Assembly (NCBI GenBank): GCA_013265495.1
Contig: MU062317.1
Span: forward strand, 1,178,001 to 1,242,000
DNA: 64,000 nucleotides
Reading direction: 5' to 3'
Origin: Vicugna vicugna
Lineage: Eukaryota
Part shown: piece by piece, positions 47,471 to 59,900 of the stretch
Numbering within the stretch: position 1 is the first letter of the stretch
Layout of the letters: each line of letters opens with the position of its first letter
Made by a program: the position numbers and the translations under genes
Notes under the pieces: generated by a model
Database searches by the model: none
Told to the model about the DNA's origin: nothing
What the model saw: only the letters and a program-made list of their open reading frames with translations

Positions 47471-50169
47471 CGCGAGGCCTCACAGCACAGAGACAAGGCA
47501 GGGAGTGGGTTCCACGAGGAACACCAGGTGCAGCAAAATAAAGTAGGTTCCCTTCCTCCCGGAGTCCTGGAGCCCGGTACCTGCTGCCCCCGCAGATGGC
47601 CAAGAGCAGAACACCTGCCTCTGCTAACCCCGCACGCCTTCCATCATAGCCCAGCCCGGCTCACGGGCTCTGAGGCAAAGTGCCTGGAAGACACAGTCCA
47701 CCCCTGCTGCCGGCCAGGCAGCACCCCCACCCCGGTCTCACCCCCTCGTGGGCTTCCCACCTGTGGCCTAGGGGATGCCGGCTCTCCACTGCCCTTCAAA
47801 GAGAGCTGCTCCTCCCACAAGGTCCATCCACCCAGATGGTCCTCATTTCTGGAGCCTGGGGTCCCCCACTCTGGGCCTCCTTCACACACGCCCTGGCCCC
47901 CGGCTGCGGGGTGGGCCCAGACCCGGGGCACAGTGTCCACGCCTGGCGCAGCCCCGTGCACGCAGGGCACTCGATGCACACGTGCTGAGGGCGTGGGTGG
48001 GTGGATTAGGGGAGAGGCAGGGCAGAGCGTGTGCAGGCCAGCCCCACTCCTGGGGGTGGAGACGCTGCAACATGGACCGAGGCTCCAGGGCAGCCTCTGA
48101 GCAGCGAGTAAAGGCTGGTCAGAGCCCGTCATGTCACGAGAGCGGGCAGGAGAGCTGCGGGGACACAGGGGACAGAGCCACCCGCCAGGCTGGGCCATTG
48201 GGCCCATGAGACGTGGAGGGGGCTGGGGGCCTCAGAGACGCCGGGAGCCCAGCAGAGGCTGAGGCCTGCTGTCCGCATGGCTCTGCCAGTTTGTGGCCGG
48301 CTCAGCCGTCTGGCCAGGGTCGGGAGGGAGGGGGTCACAAAGGGGATCCATTCGGCCAGAGGGCGGCAGTGGTCTGGGGAGGGACCCAGACGTGGCCTGG
48401 GGATGGTGGGCAAGCAGCAGAGGGGATGTTGGACTCAGCATCTGGCCTGATGTGGGGGGGTGACCCCCACGCAGGGCTCCAGGGCAGCAGGGCCACCGAG
48501 ACTTTAGGAGGGTCTTGAGAGGCATTTGGGACAGGGACAAGTTCTGCCTGGGGTGTGGGGACCACAGGACCAGGGGAGACACGGGTCAGAGGCACAGGTT
48601 GAGGGGGCCTCAGGGTGCACCCCAGGTCACCAGCAGGGGCCTCAACCTCGGGGGAGAAATCACAGCATTTTGGATAAAGGAATGTCACAGCGGGGGTGGG
48701 GGGCGCAGAGGCTCTCCTGAGCAGGGAGCCCCGTGCCTGGAGCCACCCAGGGACTGAGGCCAGCACTGACCTCAGGACCACAGGGGCAAGCCCAGGGCAG
48801 GCAGCCCTGACCGCACCGCCCTTCCCACCCCCAGACTGGCACCGGGGTATCGGGGGTGAAGGGAGGCCCACAGGGTGCCGTCCCAGGGGGCACAGGGTGT
48901 GGACCTGGCCCGTGAGGAAGCGCAGGAGTGGGGTGGCCAGGGGTGCCGGTCCCTCCTCCCCCTCCCCGCCGCCTCAGCCCGCGGGCCAGAAGCACCACCC
49001 CGGCACCCGGTGTAACATTAACCAGGGAAGTCATTTCTGGCCGAGGCGGCAGGGGTGCTGGGAGGGAGGGCCTGGGTGAGGTCAGGTCCTGTGGGCTGCT
49101 CGGTCAGTCCGTCGTGGAGGCCTGCGTCCACACTGCGGCACACGGGCGGGAACCGGGAGAAGCTGCAGCCTCAAAGGATGGACCTGGGGGAGGCTGGCGT
49201 GGGGGGGCGCCAGCCCATGGGCTTCCGGGGCAGGTCCCGGGGCTGGGTGGTGGGGAGAGGACAGCAAGGGCGGCATGAAGGCTCAGACTGCTGTTTGGCT
49301 GGGTCAGCGGGTGGCCGCACAGAAAATGAGTCCCCGGGGCGGCAATAATTGTAAGTGTCAGGGGAAGTCAAGGTCTTGCAGCCCTGGTCTGTGACGACTT
49401 CTGACCACAAACAAACATATATGAAAACGATCGCCCGGGGCTGGAGCTGAAGCACGAGGAGGCTTAACCCCCGCGTGTCCAGGCGGCCGCCGGGGCAGCG
49501 GGGCCCAGGGCACCAGCCCTTCCCCAGTGGCCCCCGAGGCCGCCCCGTCCAAGGACAGACAAGCACAGCCTCCCATCTGGAGCCCCCCCACCCAGCCCAG
49601 GGCAGCGGTCCCCAGCCTGTGCTCCCGGGAAGGGCCGAACTGTGGGCAGCTGGGGTGTCACTCTGGGAGCCAGAGACACAAACAGCCCCGGGATAGGGGG
49701 CCGGCTCTGCATGTGTAGAAATGCTGACAGCCCCCCCGCGGCAGTGAGCAGAGCGCCCCCACCAGCATCTACACAGCTCACCCACCCCCCACCTCCACGC
49801 GGGAGGCGCGTCCAGAGTCATGAGATCAAAGCCCTCAGGGCCAGGGGAGGAGGGCAGGGCGTCACCGTGGTGATTAACTCGTGTGTTCAGTTACCCCGGC
49901 TCGTGGGCTCCGTGTGTCCGCGGGGGTCAATAATAGATGCTGGAGGTCCCCCGGCACCCCTCCCCGGCAGGACTCCCAGCACAGGCCGGGTGCGCCCGGC
50001 TCCGGGGCCCCCCGCGGGCAGGAGCCCAGCCCTTCTCTGCCGGGAGGGCCGCTGCTCCCGCCAGTCACCACGCAGGCGCCCTTCCTTGCGGGCTTCTCAG
50101 TGAAACAAGGAAACTACTGACCATGTGCAGAGGGCTGAGCAGTGTCCCCCCAAGTCCACGTGCACCCCA

Positions 50170-50530
50170 GACCCCAGGGTGTGGCCTATCGGGGCCCCGG
50201 GTTTCACAGGCGCAGTTAGTCCAGGAGCTTAGGGTGGAATCAGCCTGCACTCGGATGCGCCCTATTCCAGTTGGGGAGGCAGACGCAGGGAGGGGACACC
50301 GGGAGTCACGGGGGCAGAGGCTGGAGGGAGGCGGCCCCCAGCCCAGGGCACCTGGAGCCCCAGGAGATGCAAGAGGCAAGAAGGACCCTCCCCTAAACCT
50401 TCGGAGGCAGCTGGCCCTGCCCACACTGTCGCTTCAGACCCTGCCCTCCAGGCTGTGAGGGAATCAATTTCTCTTACTTCAAGTCCCCCAGTTGGTGGTA
50501 CTTCGTGCCAGTGGCCCAGGAAACCACCCC
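50170..50530 (+). mobile_element. MLT1C/D-like LTR
   Basis: 'gcagaggctggagggaggcggccccagcccagggcacctggagccccaggagatgcaagaggcaagaaggaccctcccctaaaccttcggagg...ccaggctgtgagggaatcaatttctcttacttcaagtccccagttggtggtacttcgt'. Confidence 0.85.
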
Positions 50531-52049
50531 AAGGTGTTCAGAACGCCGCCCCAGGCCTCCCTGGGCACCGCTGTGGACCGAGTCAGGCCTGTCCCTTCCC
50601 TATGAACTCCCACAGACGTCAGGGCTCCCCTAAGCCCCCACCCTGTCACACACAAATCGGCAAACCTCATGGAAGTGTCCTGGTGAAAGCTGTCCACCTG
50701 GTGCAGAAACGGTCTCCCTCAGCCCTGCTCCCCAAGCCCCAGCCCCGGGCCCCAGGAAACGGGCTCCCCGGCCACAAGCCCTCTTGGCGGCTCCCTGTGT
50801 GGAGGCAGCCGGGCAGACACGGCGTCCGGCCTCAGCCTAACAGGTGGCAGTGGCGAAGGCCAGCTCGTGATTCCCACCCGGGGACCCAGGAAGTGGGCAC
50901 CGCCAGCCAGTGACGGGGCACGGTAAGACGGCGCCGTTCCTGGCTTCCAAAAGGGAAGGTGACATCACCTCTGCCATGACTTGCATTCCATCAGCAAGTC
51001 GAAAGCAGGGCCACGTTCTTGCAAAGACAGACGTGGTGGGGCTTACCCTGCGGGGCCACTCGGGTGCCACCCACCCCCCTGCACTTCCCAGCGGCCAGCG
51101 TGCTTGGGACCCGGCTGTTAGCCACAGTCACGCGTGTTCCTGGTTCCCCGGCCCCGCAGGTGGCCTTGAGCGGTACCCACACTGCCTCCCTGCGTGCCAC
51201 GCCCCCTCACCCTGTGCCTCCTGGGGGGGCGTCAATCCCGCGTAAAACCCAGCAGTCTGAGCTTGACCACTACTTGCTCTCCATGATGGTATCTTTCCAA
51301 CCTTAAAGCTGCTTTCTGTCCTGAAAATTATCTGGCATCTGAAAATAAGCCACATTCGAAGACAAATGCTGGCCGGTGCTCCCGAGGCCGAGGAGCTGCG
51401 AGCAGATAAACGGGTTTCGGGTCTGCTGATCGGGCGGCTGGTGCAGCTGGACAGCCTTCCTCCCCAGCCATGCTCGTTTGCCCCTGCCCAAGAGCCCGCT
51501 GTGGCTCCCACTGCCCCCCAGCACCGAGTGCAGGGTCCTAAGCTCAACCACTTGGACTGGGAAGACAAATGCAGTGGCCGATGACCTCTGGAAGCAAAGA
51601 CTCTCACACAGATCGACAGACCCCCAACCCAGAAATCAGGCAGTGGGGGTGGGGCCGGTGAGAAATTAAAGCGTAGGCTTCCTTGAGGCTGACATTAATT
51701 GTCCAGGGTTAGCCAGTGAGGGCCACATGTGGGCACACAGATGTGCATGCGCCCCGGACACAGACACACACCCGGCAGGCACAGGTAAGCGCAGGCACGT
51801 GCGGTCACACACAGAGAGGTGAGGGAACAGGCACACACAGGGCTCACAGGCACATGTGTGGGGCACGTGTGCACAGGTATACATAGGACACAGGACTGCA
51901 CACGGGGGCCAGAATGTAAAAAACTGCACAGAGGACAGCTGTAGCCCAGAGCCCCGTGTTCACGGTTCGTCTTCACCTGGCCAAGAGGACCTCCTTGTCC
52001 CTCAAGGAGGGGCCCTGCCCCAGAGGGCCCCAGCAGCCAGGCCGAGACC

Positions 52050-52760
52050 CTGACCACAATCTAGGTGGCAGGACACGCCGGTTGGCACCCAGCCCCGCGT
52101 TGGCCGCGATTTGGGACACCGAGCCCGGGTGAGCGGCGGCAGGCTCTTACACAGAAAGGGACAGGAGTTCCCATGATGGCCCAACAGAGCCGCGTCCCAG
52201 GTCTGGGCGCCCGTCCCCTGGCCCGGGACACTGGAGAAACGGGGCGGGCGTGGGGTGCGGCCCCACCACCCAGGCCAGCTCTGGCCCGCAGCCCCGCGTC
52301 CGCCTGGCCAAGCACCGAGCACCGAGCACCGAGCACCGCGGGCAGCCCACTTCCCATTTCGAGGCGAGGCAAGCGCGGCTGCGGCCCTCAGTGCCACCGG
52401 NNNNNNNNNNNNNNNNNNNNNNNNNNNNNNNNNNNNNNNNNNNNNNNNNNNNNNNNNNNNNNNNNNNNNNNNNNNNNNNNNNNNNNNNNNNNNNNNNNNN
52501 NNNNNNNNNNNNNNNNNNNNNNNNNNNNNNNNNNNNNNNNGGGCCCGAAGCGCCCGCGGCGGCAGCCCGCGCAGATTAATGACTCGGCCGTAATAGATTT
52601 TCCCAGGCCCAGCCGCCCGGGCGCGGGCGGGGAGGGGCGCGCGGCCCGAGCCGAGGAGGCCGTTAAAGGGGCAGGGACAGTAAATCCAGGCCCCCACAGC
52701 GGATGGGTGCGACCGTCTGACCCACGGTGTCCCCCTGCCCTGGGGTGATTGGGTCTGAGG
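52050..52760. promoter_or_regulatory. CpG island with internal gap, GC box and homeodomain motifs
   Basis: Very high CpG on both flanks of the gap; GGGCGG 52625-52630; GATTAAT 52574-52580; TAATAGATT 52591-52599; (AGCACCG)x4 at 52311-52338. Confidence 0.6.
52401..52540. other. Assembly gap (140 N)
   Basis: Run of N inside the GC-richest part of a CpG island. Confidence 1.
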
Positions 52761-54344
52761 CCCGGCGACCCACCGGGAGCCCCCTTCAGGCCAGCTGGAG
52801 ACGTACGTCCAAATGGACCCGCAGCTGGAGAGGTGGCTCCAGGAGGGCCACCAGGCTCCCGCATCAGGCTCTGTCCTTCACGGGTGCACCGTGTCCACGG
52901 TGGGTGGTGCAGTGGGCCCTGGGGCGAGGCCTCCCTGCCCCAGGACTCCTCACCCAGCATGCCCCGCCAGCTGCCCTCGGGTCTGGCTGAGGGAGGGTCA
53001 GGCTGGACGGCACAGACTGCGGTCCACCCCAAACCTCGTCCACCTGACTCCTGCTCATCCTGCCAGCTGTGAAGTATGAAAACCAGATGTGGCTTGATAG
53101 GATCACACTGCAGGGAGGGGCTACACTTGGGATGTCTTCCAGGGCTGGCGGGACGCGGGGGTAATGAGACCCAGGGCTGCAGGGCGGGAAGGGGGAGATG
53201 TGCTCTGGGGGAAGGCCCCATGCCCCCATGGTCCCGTCAGGCGGCCGGACCACGCAGGACCGGCCAGAGTGGCCCCCAGGGTCCACACTTGTTGAGACGG
53301 GCCTGTGTGTAAGCCACCCGTCACCTGCCCTCCAAGGGGCCGCGGCTCTGGCTCTCCGGGCACTGCCTGGCGTGGGCTCCGTCTCTGCAGAGCCCCCGGG
53401 CTCGCAGGGGCGCGTCCCGCACAAGGGGTGAAGGTACTTATGCCGAGCTTGGGGCTTTCATTCAGCACACGCTTGCTGGGGAGCCGTGTGGGCCGGGCCC
53501 AGGGAGACAGCAGGGGTCGGGGGACACTCTGGGCCCCACGTGGGGACTCGTCCACTTGGGCTGGCCGGAAGGAGCCAGTGCCACCCCCTGGGTACGCAGC
53601 CCTGGCAGGAAAAAGGGGCGGGGGCATGCTCCCCTGAGCCTTGGTAACCCTGGCCTCAAAGAGGGTGAAGCGATGCGCTTTCAGCAAAGAATTCCCTGGG
53701 GGGTGGAAGGCAAGGCCATGGCGGGGCCCTTCCTGGGCGTCCCAGAACTACGGAGCCTCCCCAGGAACAGCCAGTGAGTGCCTAGTCCCTGCTTTGGTCC
53801 CATCGAGGGTGGAGGGGATGGCAGGGAGAGACCCTGCTGTGCAGAGATCTCCATGGGACTCCGACCTGCTCCTACCTTCCTGCCCCTTCCCTCAAGGAGG
53901 GGAGGCTCCCAGAGGGTGGCGTCCTTGCTCCCTGCCTGGCCTGGGATCCCGTGCAGGCAGAGTGGGGCTAGGGACCCTCCACCAAGCCCGTGCCCCCCGC
54001 CCAGCTGCTGCACCTTGAGGCCAGCCCCCTCTCCTGGACGCAGGCACTGAACAAGCCGTCACACAGCCCCTCGGGGCTGTTCCACTGCCCTTTCCATCTC
54101 CCACCAACCGGTTTCTCCTGACTGAAATCACTTGATCTCTTCTGTTTTCCATCCCTAAGGAGTAGAATCTCTCCGTAACCGCCCGGTAGCCCTCTGGATA
54201 CAATTTCTCTCCACACAGACACAATCTAATTAGAATAATCTGTCCTGACTGTGCTCCAGTGTTTAACCCTGCACATCGGCTGAGCAGAGACAGGCTGGGG
54301 GCTGTTGGGGGCGGGGGTGTCTACAAGACAGAGTTGCTGGTGGG

Positions 54345-54495
54345 GCTGGAGAGGGTGTGTAAGGCTGCGTGTGCAGGATCTCCCTGTGCTTGCACGGGTG
54401 TGTGTGCCCGGGTGTGAGCACATGAGTGTGTGCATGTGTGTGTACTCACAGGAGTGCGGCCCGTGCACACACGTGTCCATGCAGCAGGGTGCACG
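54345..54495. repeat. Degenerate (TG)n/TGCA tract
   Basis: Directly visible ('gtgtgtgtgcccgggtgtgagcacatgagtgtgtgcatgtgtgtgtac'). Confidence 0.75.
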
Positions 54496-57400
54496 CCTGT
54501 TGGACTGAAGCCTGCGGCCACGCATCTAGAGAGACCAGCTCCAGGGGCCTGCCCAGGTGGAGAGGAGTCACATGGCCCCCGGACAGCTGCCTCTTCCCAT
54601 GTCATCTGTGCCTCCAACAAACACTTATTTGGCACCTACCATGTCCCCAAGAATTCCCCTGAGGAATGAACTGATCCAGTCCCTGCCCTCTCTGGGCCCC
54701 CACTGTGGTGTCTCATGGGTGAGCAGGCAGGCAGCTGATAACTGGCCAAGTGTGACCCTCACCCGAGGGGCAGCATCCAGACCCCCGGGAGCCTCCCGCC
54801 CCCTCGGCTCACAGCTCTGGCTGGACCACTAGCCACTCCCTACCTTCACCTGGTGTCACAGTGGTGTGTGAGGTCACTCCTGCTCCTGAGCCTTTGCAGA
54901 GTCTGTTCCTTCAGCCAGGGACACTGTTCCCTGCCTGGTTCACTTACCACATTAGGTCCTATTCACCCCCAGAACCCGAGAAGCAGCAGCTCCACTGTGG
55001 GGACCCCAGCCGCTAAGGCTGTGCTGACCACTACCCCACTATCCTTCTGCCCAGGGGCTGTTTGGCAGTGCAGCTGTCCTCCTGGGCCCATGTCTCCCTG
55101 GACCTCAAGCCCCCAGGAGGGGTCTCCCCATCCCCCAGGACGCACGGGGGTGGGGGAGTTTTGCCTGGGACTCTTCTGTGGGTGAGCATTGGTCCCACAT
55201 CGCCCTGCAGCCCGTGGTCCCTCCACCTCCTCTGGCCACCCCCACCCGCCCCGCCCGGCCAGGATCAAGGGCCAGCCTTGGGGCCCCACCCAGCAGGCCT
55301 CCCCCTCAAGCCTAGGCCCAGATGCCAAGATGCTGGCTCCCCCACCCCTCCCCTCTGCAGCAGCTCTTAGGAGCCCCGAGGGAGGGCTTGCTCTGGCCTA
55401 GCCGGGACCCTCCACTGCCCTGAGCCCGTTTCCCCACCTGCCCTGCCGGCTTCATCAAACCTCCCTGGAAAGGGGGCCACAGCGGGTTACGTGCCCCAGT
55501 CCCGCAGGGGCTCAGATGGCACGGTGGGGTCTCCCGGGCAAGGCGTGACCCCCGCCGCCCCCACAGCGCCCGCCGAGCGCTCGGCCCCAGCGGCCTCTGA
55601 GCCCTGCACTTCCCTGCAGCATGGCCGTGGCACCCAGCGTTCCCCGGCCCCTCCCCACAGCGGCCGGCTCCATCAGAGTGCTGTCCTCCAGGGCAGATCA
55701 GTACAGCCCCACACAGGATCTGCTGGGGTCCCTGTGCACCCATGAGCCCCGAGACGCCCTGACCAACGGTGGGTTACGGACCAGCTGCAGCAGTCAGTCA
55801 CCGGCATGGCCGGCACAGCTGGCTGATGCCCACCAGGAGGCAGGTCACCCGCCCCGTGGGCTCCTCTCGCAGGCCTGGGGCAGGTGGCTGGCGGCTACCC
55901 TGGCCTGTGGTGGGTGTGGCGCTGAGGGGCCCCTACTTGTCTGCCCCTCAATTTGAGGCAATCGCAGGCAGAACGTCCAGGAACCAGGCTTTGGGGTAAT
56001 AAAGGACCAGAAGGTCCAGGGCTCCGTAATAAACTGTGGCTGGACCCATTGAGAAAACATAAGGCGGGTCTTTGGGGAGCAGTCAGAGAAGAAGAGGTCA
56101 GGGAGGCAGCCTGGACGGGGAGGGTCCGGCCCCCCCTGCCAGAGCCCCCAGCTGGGTGGGCAGGCAGACAGACGCATGGCCAAGAGTGACCCGCCGGGGA
56201 ACAAAGGGCGCCTTCCACCTAGAGGCAGGACCGGGGAGGCTCCGACCTAGGCGCAAGCCCCACCTTGGCCGGCAGGAGCCGAGGGACCAGCCGTCCCCAG
56301 AGCCAGGCCCCCGGCCCCAGCTGAGTCAGGCCCAGCCCCACACCCTGGCTGACCCTGGAGACCCCAAGTTCCAGCCACCTGGACTGGGCCCCGAGGGGCA
56401 GCCCCCACCGTGCTGGGGGACCTGCACCCCCACCCGCCCTGCTGCAGCCGGAGACCCCGCTCAAGGTTAGGAGCAGCCCCTGAGGTCTGCTGCGCAGGGA
56501 CCGCGGCGCATCCGGCCACGTGCAGTGTCGGCCCATACATCACGCGTGCGCCCAGTCACGGCTGTCACTGTAACTACACAGCGACTCGGGCAGCGCCATA
56601 TTTCCATTGGCTGTGACAGCGGAGATAAATCTGCCCTGGCCCATCCACTGTGGGCAGCAGGCCGTGGCAAGGAAGTTGCGGCCAATTGAGGTGGGTGCTG
56701 CGAAGCCAAGGACCCCCACGGCCAGGGTGGGGGCTACCCCCGCTGACCAGGGCCACCTCCTCCCTGCTGTCCGCCTGCCCAGTACTGATGCCTGTTTGGG
56801 GTGGGACTCAGGGCCTCTGATCTCTGCCACCCAAGCCCTGGGAGCCTACCCTGCCCTGACCCACATGGTTCCAAGTTTTAGGTTGTCACTTGCCAGCTGT
56901 GTGAGCTCCGGCCAGCCGCTGGCCGTCTGCGTGCCCCCTTCCCCTCCTCCGCACGGCAGGCGCTAGTCCTCCTCCCCCACCCCACCCCACCCCACCCCGA
57001 GGCCACTGTTGGACTGAATGCTAGGCTCTGCGAGCTTCGCTGTCAGGAGCTCAGTACACCCTCAGAGGCTGACTGATGCCACCCGCGCCGCAGGGCCTCT
57101 CGGCAGCCCCTCCGCCTGCCTCCTCTGCTGCCCAGCCGCCCCTCACTGCTGCCTGAGACCAAGCGCTCCAGCCCGGAGCCCCGACACCAGCACCCAAGGC
57201 CAGCCTTCCCAGGCCGGGCAGTCAGGAAGCATCCCCAGGTTTAGGGACCACGGGATGACCAGTGCTGCGGGTCCCTCCTGCGTCTCTGAGTCCCCCAAGC
57301 TCAGGGCTCTGCACCCCCACGGAGGTTTGCCGAACAATAACAACGCCACATGGTAATAACAGCCAGCATGCAGAGCCACGCACCAGGCACCCCATCACCC

Positions 57401-57599
57401 GCCTGGTCCAGGGGTCACCCTCTCTGAGTCCTTGCTACCCAGGCAGCTCGCAGCACCAGGCGTCCCCCAGCCCAGCACAGGGGCCTCTCCACCTGCCCTT
57501 CTGCCCTCCCCAAAGTCCACAGAACCCACGCCCAGGCCCGGGACTTGCTGGAACCCCTTGGAATGACCGCAGAGTGGACCCCAGAGCAATGCCCAGACA

Positions 57600-57810
57600 G
57601 TGGGCCCTGTACCATCCACATTTCCTGTGGCCTCTGTCCTCAGAGCTTCATCCTGTCAACCCTGTCATCACAGCTCCATCCTTCACCAGTCTCGCTGGAC
57701 CCCATCTTCTCCTGTCTACTCTGGCTGGGTCCTTCAACAGTCCCCAGCCACCCTCTCTATGTCACCTTGACACTCCCTGGTCAGATCAGAGCGACCATCT
57801 TCTCCAGGCC
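57600..57810 (+). mobile_element. L2 fragment
   Basis: Pyrimidine-rich 'cacagctccatccttcaccagtctcgctggaccccatcttctcctgtctactctggct...cagatcagagcgaccatcttc' resembles the L2 3' region. Confidence 0.45.
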
Positions 57811-59729
57811 ACCTCTGGTTCCAGCTCGGGAAACCCCGGCCCCATGAGGAGGACCACGGCGTGTGGACAGGACCAGCTCAAGCCTCAGCACGCACGTGTC
57901 CCGGAGGAACAGCGCGGCAGGCCTCCCGCGGCCTCCTGATGCAACGACTGAGGACGTTTCCGCCAGCCAGGACTGAGATTCGTTTACTGAAAATACCGCA
58001 GAGCAGAGGGAGGCGGTATCAGCACCCCGTCCTAAAGAGCACCCTGGAAAAGCAGAGAACGGCACCCAGTCCAACGAGCAGAACAGTTCAAACAAGAAAC
58101 GCCGGGGAGGTGGGAGCCATCGCCTGCCGCGCTCCAGCCATCCTCAGGAAGGCCAGGACCCCCGACACAGGTCAGCAGGTCCCCTGCCGTAAAGACGTGC
58201 CCTCTATCGGGGACTCTGGTCACCCGTGTGCCCGTCCCCACACAGCGTGTGCGGGGGCCCGGGTCACAGGGAGGCCCCTCAGGAGCGAAGCGCCCGCATC
58301 CACGGCACTTCAGCAGCAGGTGTGTCTCATGGGCACGGCCAGGCCCAAGCCCTCTGCCCCGGGCTGTGGGACCCCTGGCCTTGGCACCAGCCACGCAAGA
58401 GGCCAAATCCCTCTCTCCTGCCTCCCCGAGGGGGAGCACTGATCTGGGGGTCCTGTAAGCAGCAGCCACGAGGTGACATTTACACCCTCCTCCAGTGAGA
58501 CAACTGGCAAACAGCCACCGGCAGCTGGCAGAGGGGCAGACGGCGGGTGCCAGCCCCTTCATCATGCCCTGGTCCCCTGAGGGTGACCCGGGTGCCCTGC
58601 GCCCCGCCCGCCCGCCCAGCCGGGAGACAGAGCCTCATCCGTTTCCATCCGCTCCCGGTCCCGGTCCACTGCGGCCCCTCCCCACCCCTGATAGATAATG
58701 GTTTAATAAGCGATCTGTTTTTTATTTAAAGGGTCGGCAGTAAAACCCAGATCACATTTCTCACTTGGTGGGTCAAAAAACCGCTTACGCTCATTTCTGC
58801 AATGTAAAGCGACACTCTATCAAATCAAACATTTCCAGATGTGCCCAGCTTGCGCCGAGGTGCGGGCGGCGGGCTGCAGGCGGCGGAGGCGCCGGGAAAG
58901 CAGGCCGGGAACACCACCTACTGGCCGGGGGCCGGTCCCTCCGCGCTGCTTCCTGCTGGGAGGCTCTGCGGCCACGGCAGGTTCCTGGGGGGTCGGAGCT
59001 CCAGGACCGGCCTCCCATCAGCACTGCCCAGCAGCCGGCCAGCACGGGGACAGGAGCACCCCGGCTGTCTGTCCAGTCTCTCTGCCACCCCCAGCCGCCC
59101 ACCGCCCACTGCAGGCCGCGGGAGCCCGGGAGGGCCTGGAGGGCGGTCCGCCCAGGGAAGCTCGGATGTGGGCAGTACTGGGAACAGACACAGTGTTCGA
59201 CACTCATTTGAGAATCCAGGAAGGGAAGGAGAGCCTGAGGGGCCAGCACAGCCCCAGCTGGGGGGAGCGTGCCCAGGGCTTGGCCTCACACCCCAACTTT
59301 GCACCAAAGGGACCGATGGGCCTTGGCTTAGAACCGCAGACAGAAACTCCTGGAGAGCTTGGCGTCCGGACAGGGCGGTCTGGAGTCCCCCAGCTGCCCC
59401 GTCCCCGGCGGGCCATGGCCCCTCTTACCCTCCAGGTCACAGCACCAAAAGCGGAGGCCAGCCACTGGGCAGCCCCCCTTGAACACAAAAGCAGGGTTTG
59501 GGGCTGAAACCTCCCTGAGAGCTACCAGATTCAGGCTCGTAAACCCATAGGCTGTACAGGGCAACAGGCGCCACCCAGAGCAAAGGACCTGCCAGAGCGG
59601 CTCTGCGGGGAAGGTTCCGGAAACGCCCGTGGTCGGGGCTCCTGGACCCACCTGGGCCGTCTCCGGGGGTGACTGCTGGAAACACTGGCTGGCAGTTACC
59701 CCCAAACGCATTCCGCGACTCCCCTACAG

Positions 59730-59900
59730 TGTGCAGTTTTCATTCTGAATTAAAACCGCAGCCAACTTTAAATTTAATAATAGAGTTATAAACTCTTGAA
59801 AGTGTGTGGATGGCTGACCGACCCCAGAGGAAAGAGAAAGTCTCTATAAATAGAGGCCCTTGTAAGCAGATTTTGGGATTTGGTCCAAAGCTTGTTGAAT
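59730..59900. promoter_or_regulatory. AT-rich island with a perfect MEF2 consensus site
   Basis: CTATAAATAG 59844-59853 fits YTA(A/T)4TAR; GAATTAA and TTTAATAATAG lie nearby. Confidence 0.45.

Noticed and set aside
52311-52338. REST/NRSF site from the AGCACC repeats
   Set aside because: Only a partial left half-site is present; the GGACAG right half is absent.
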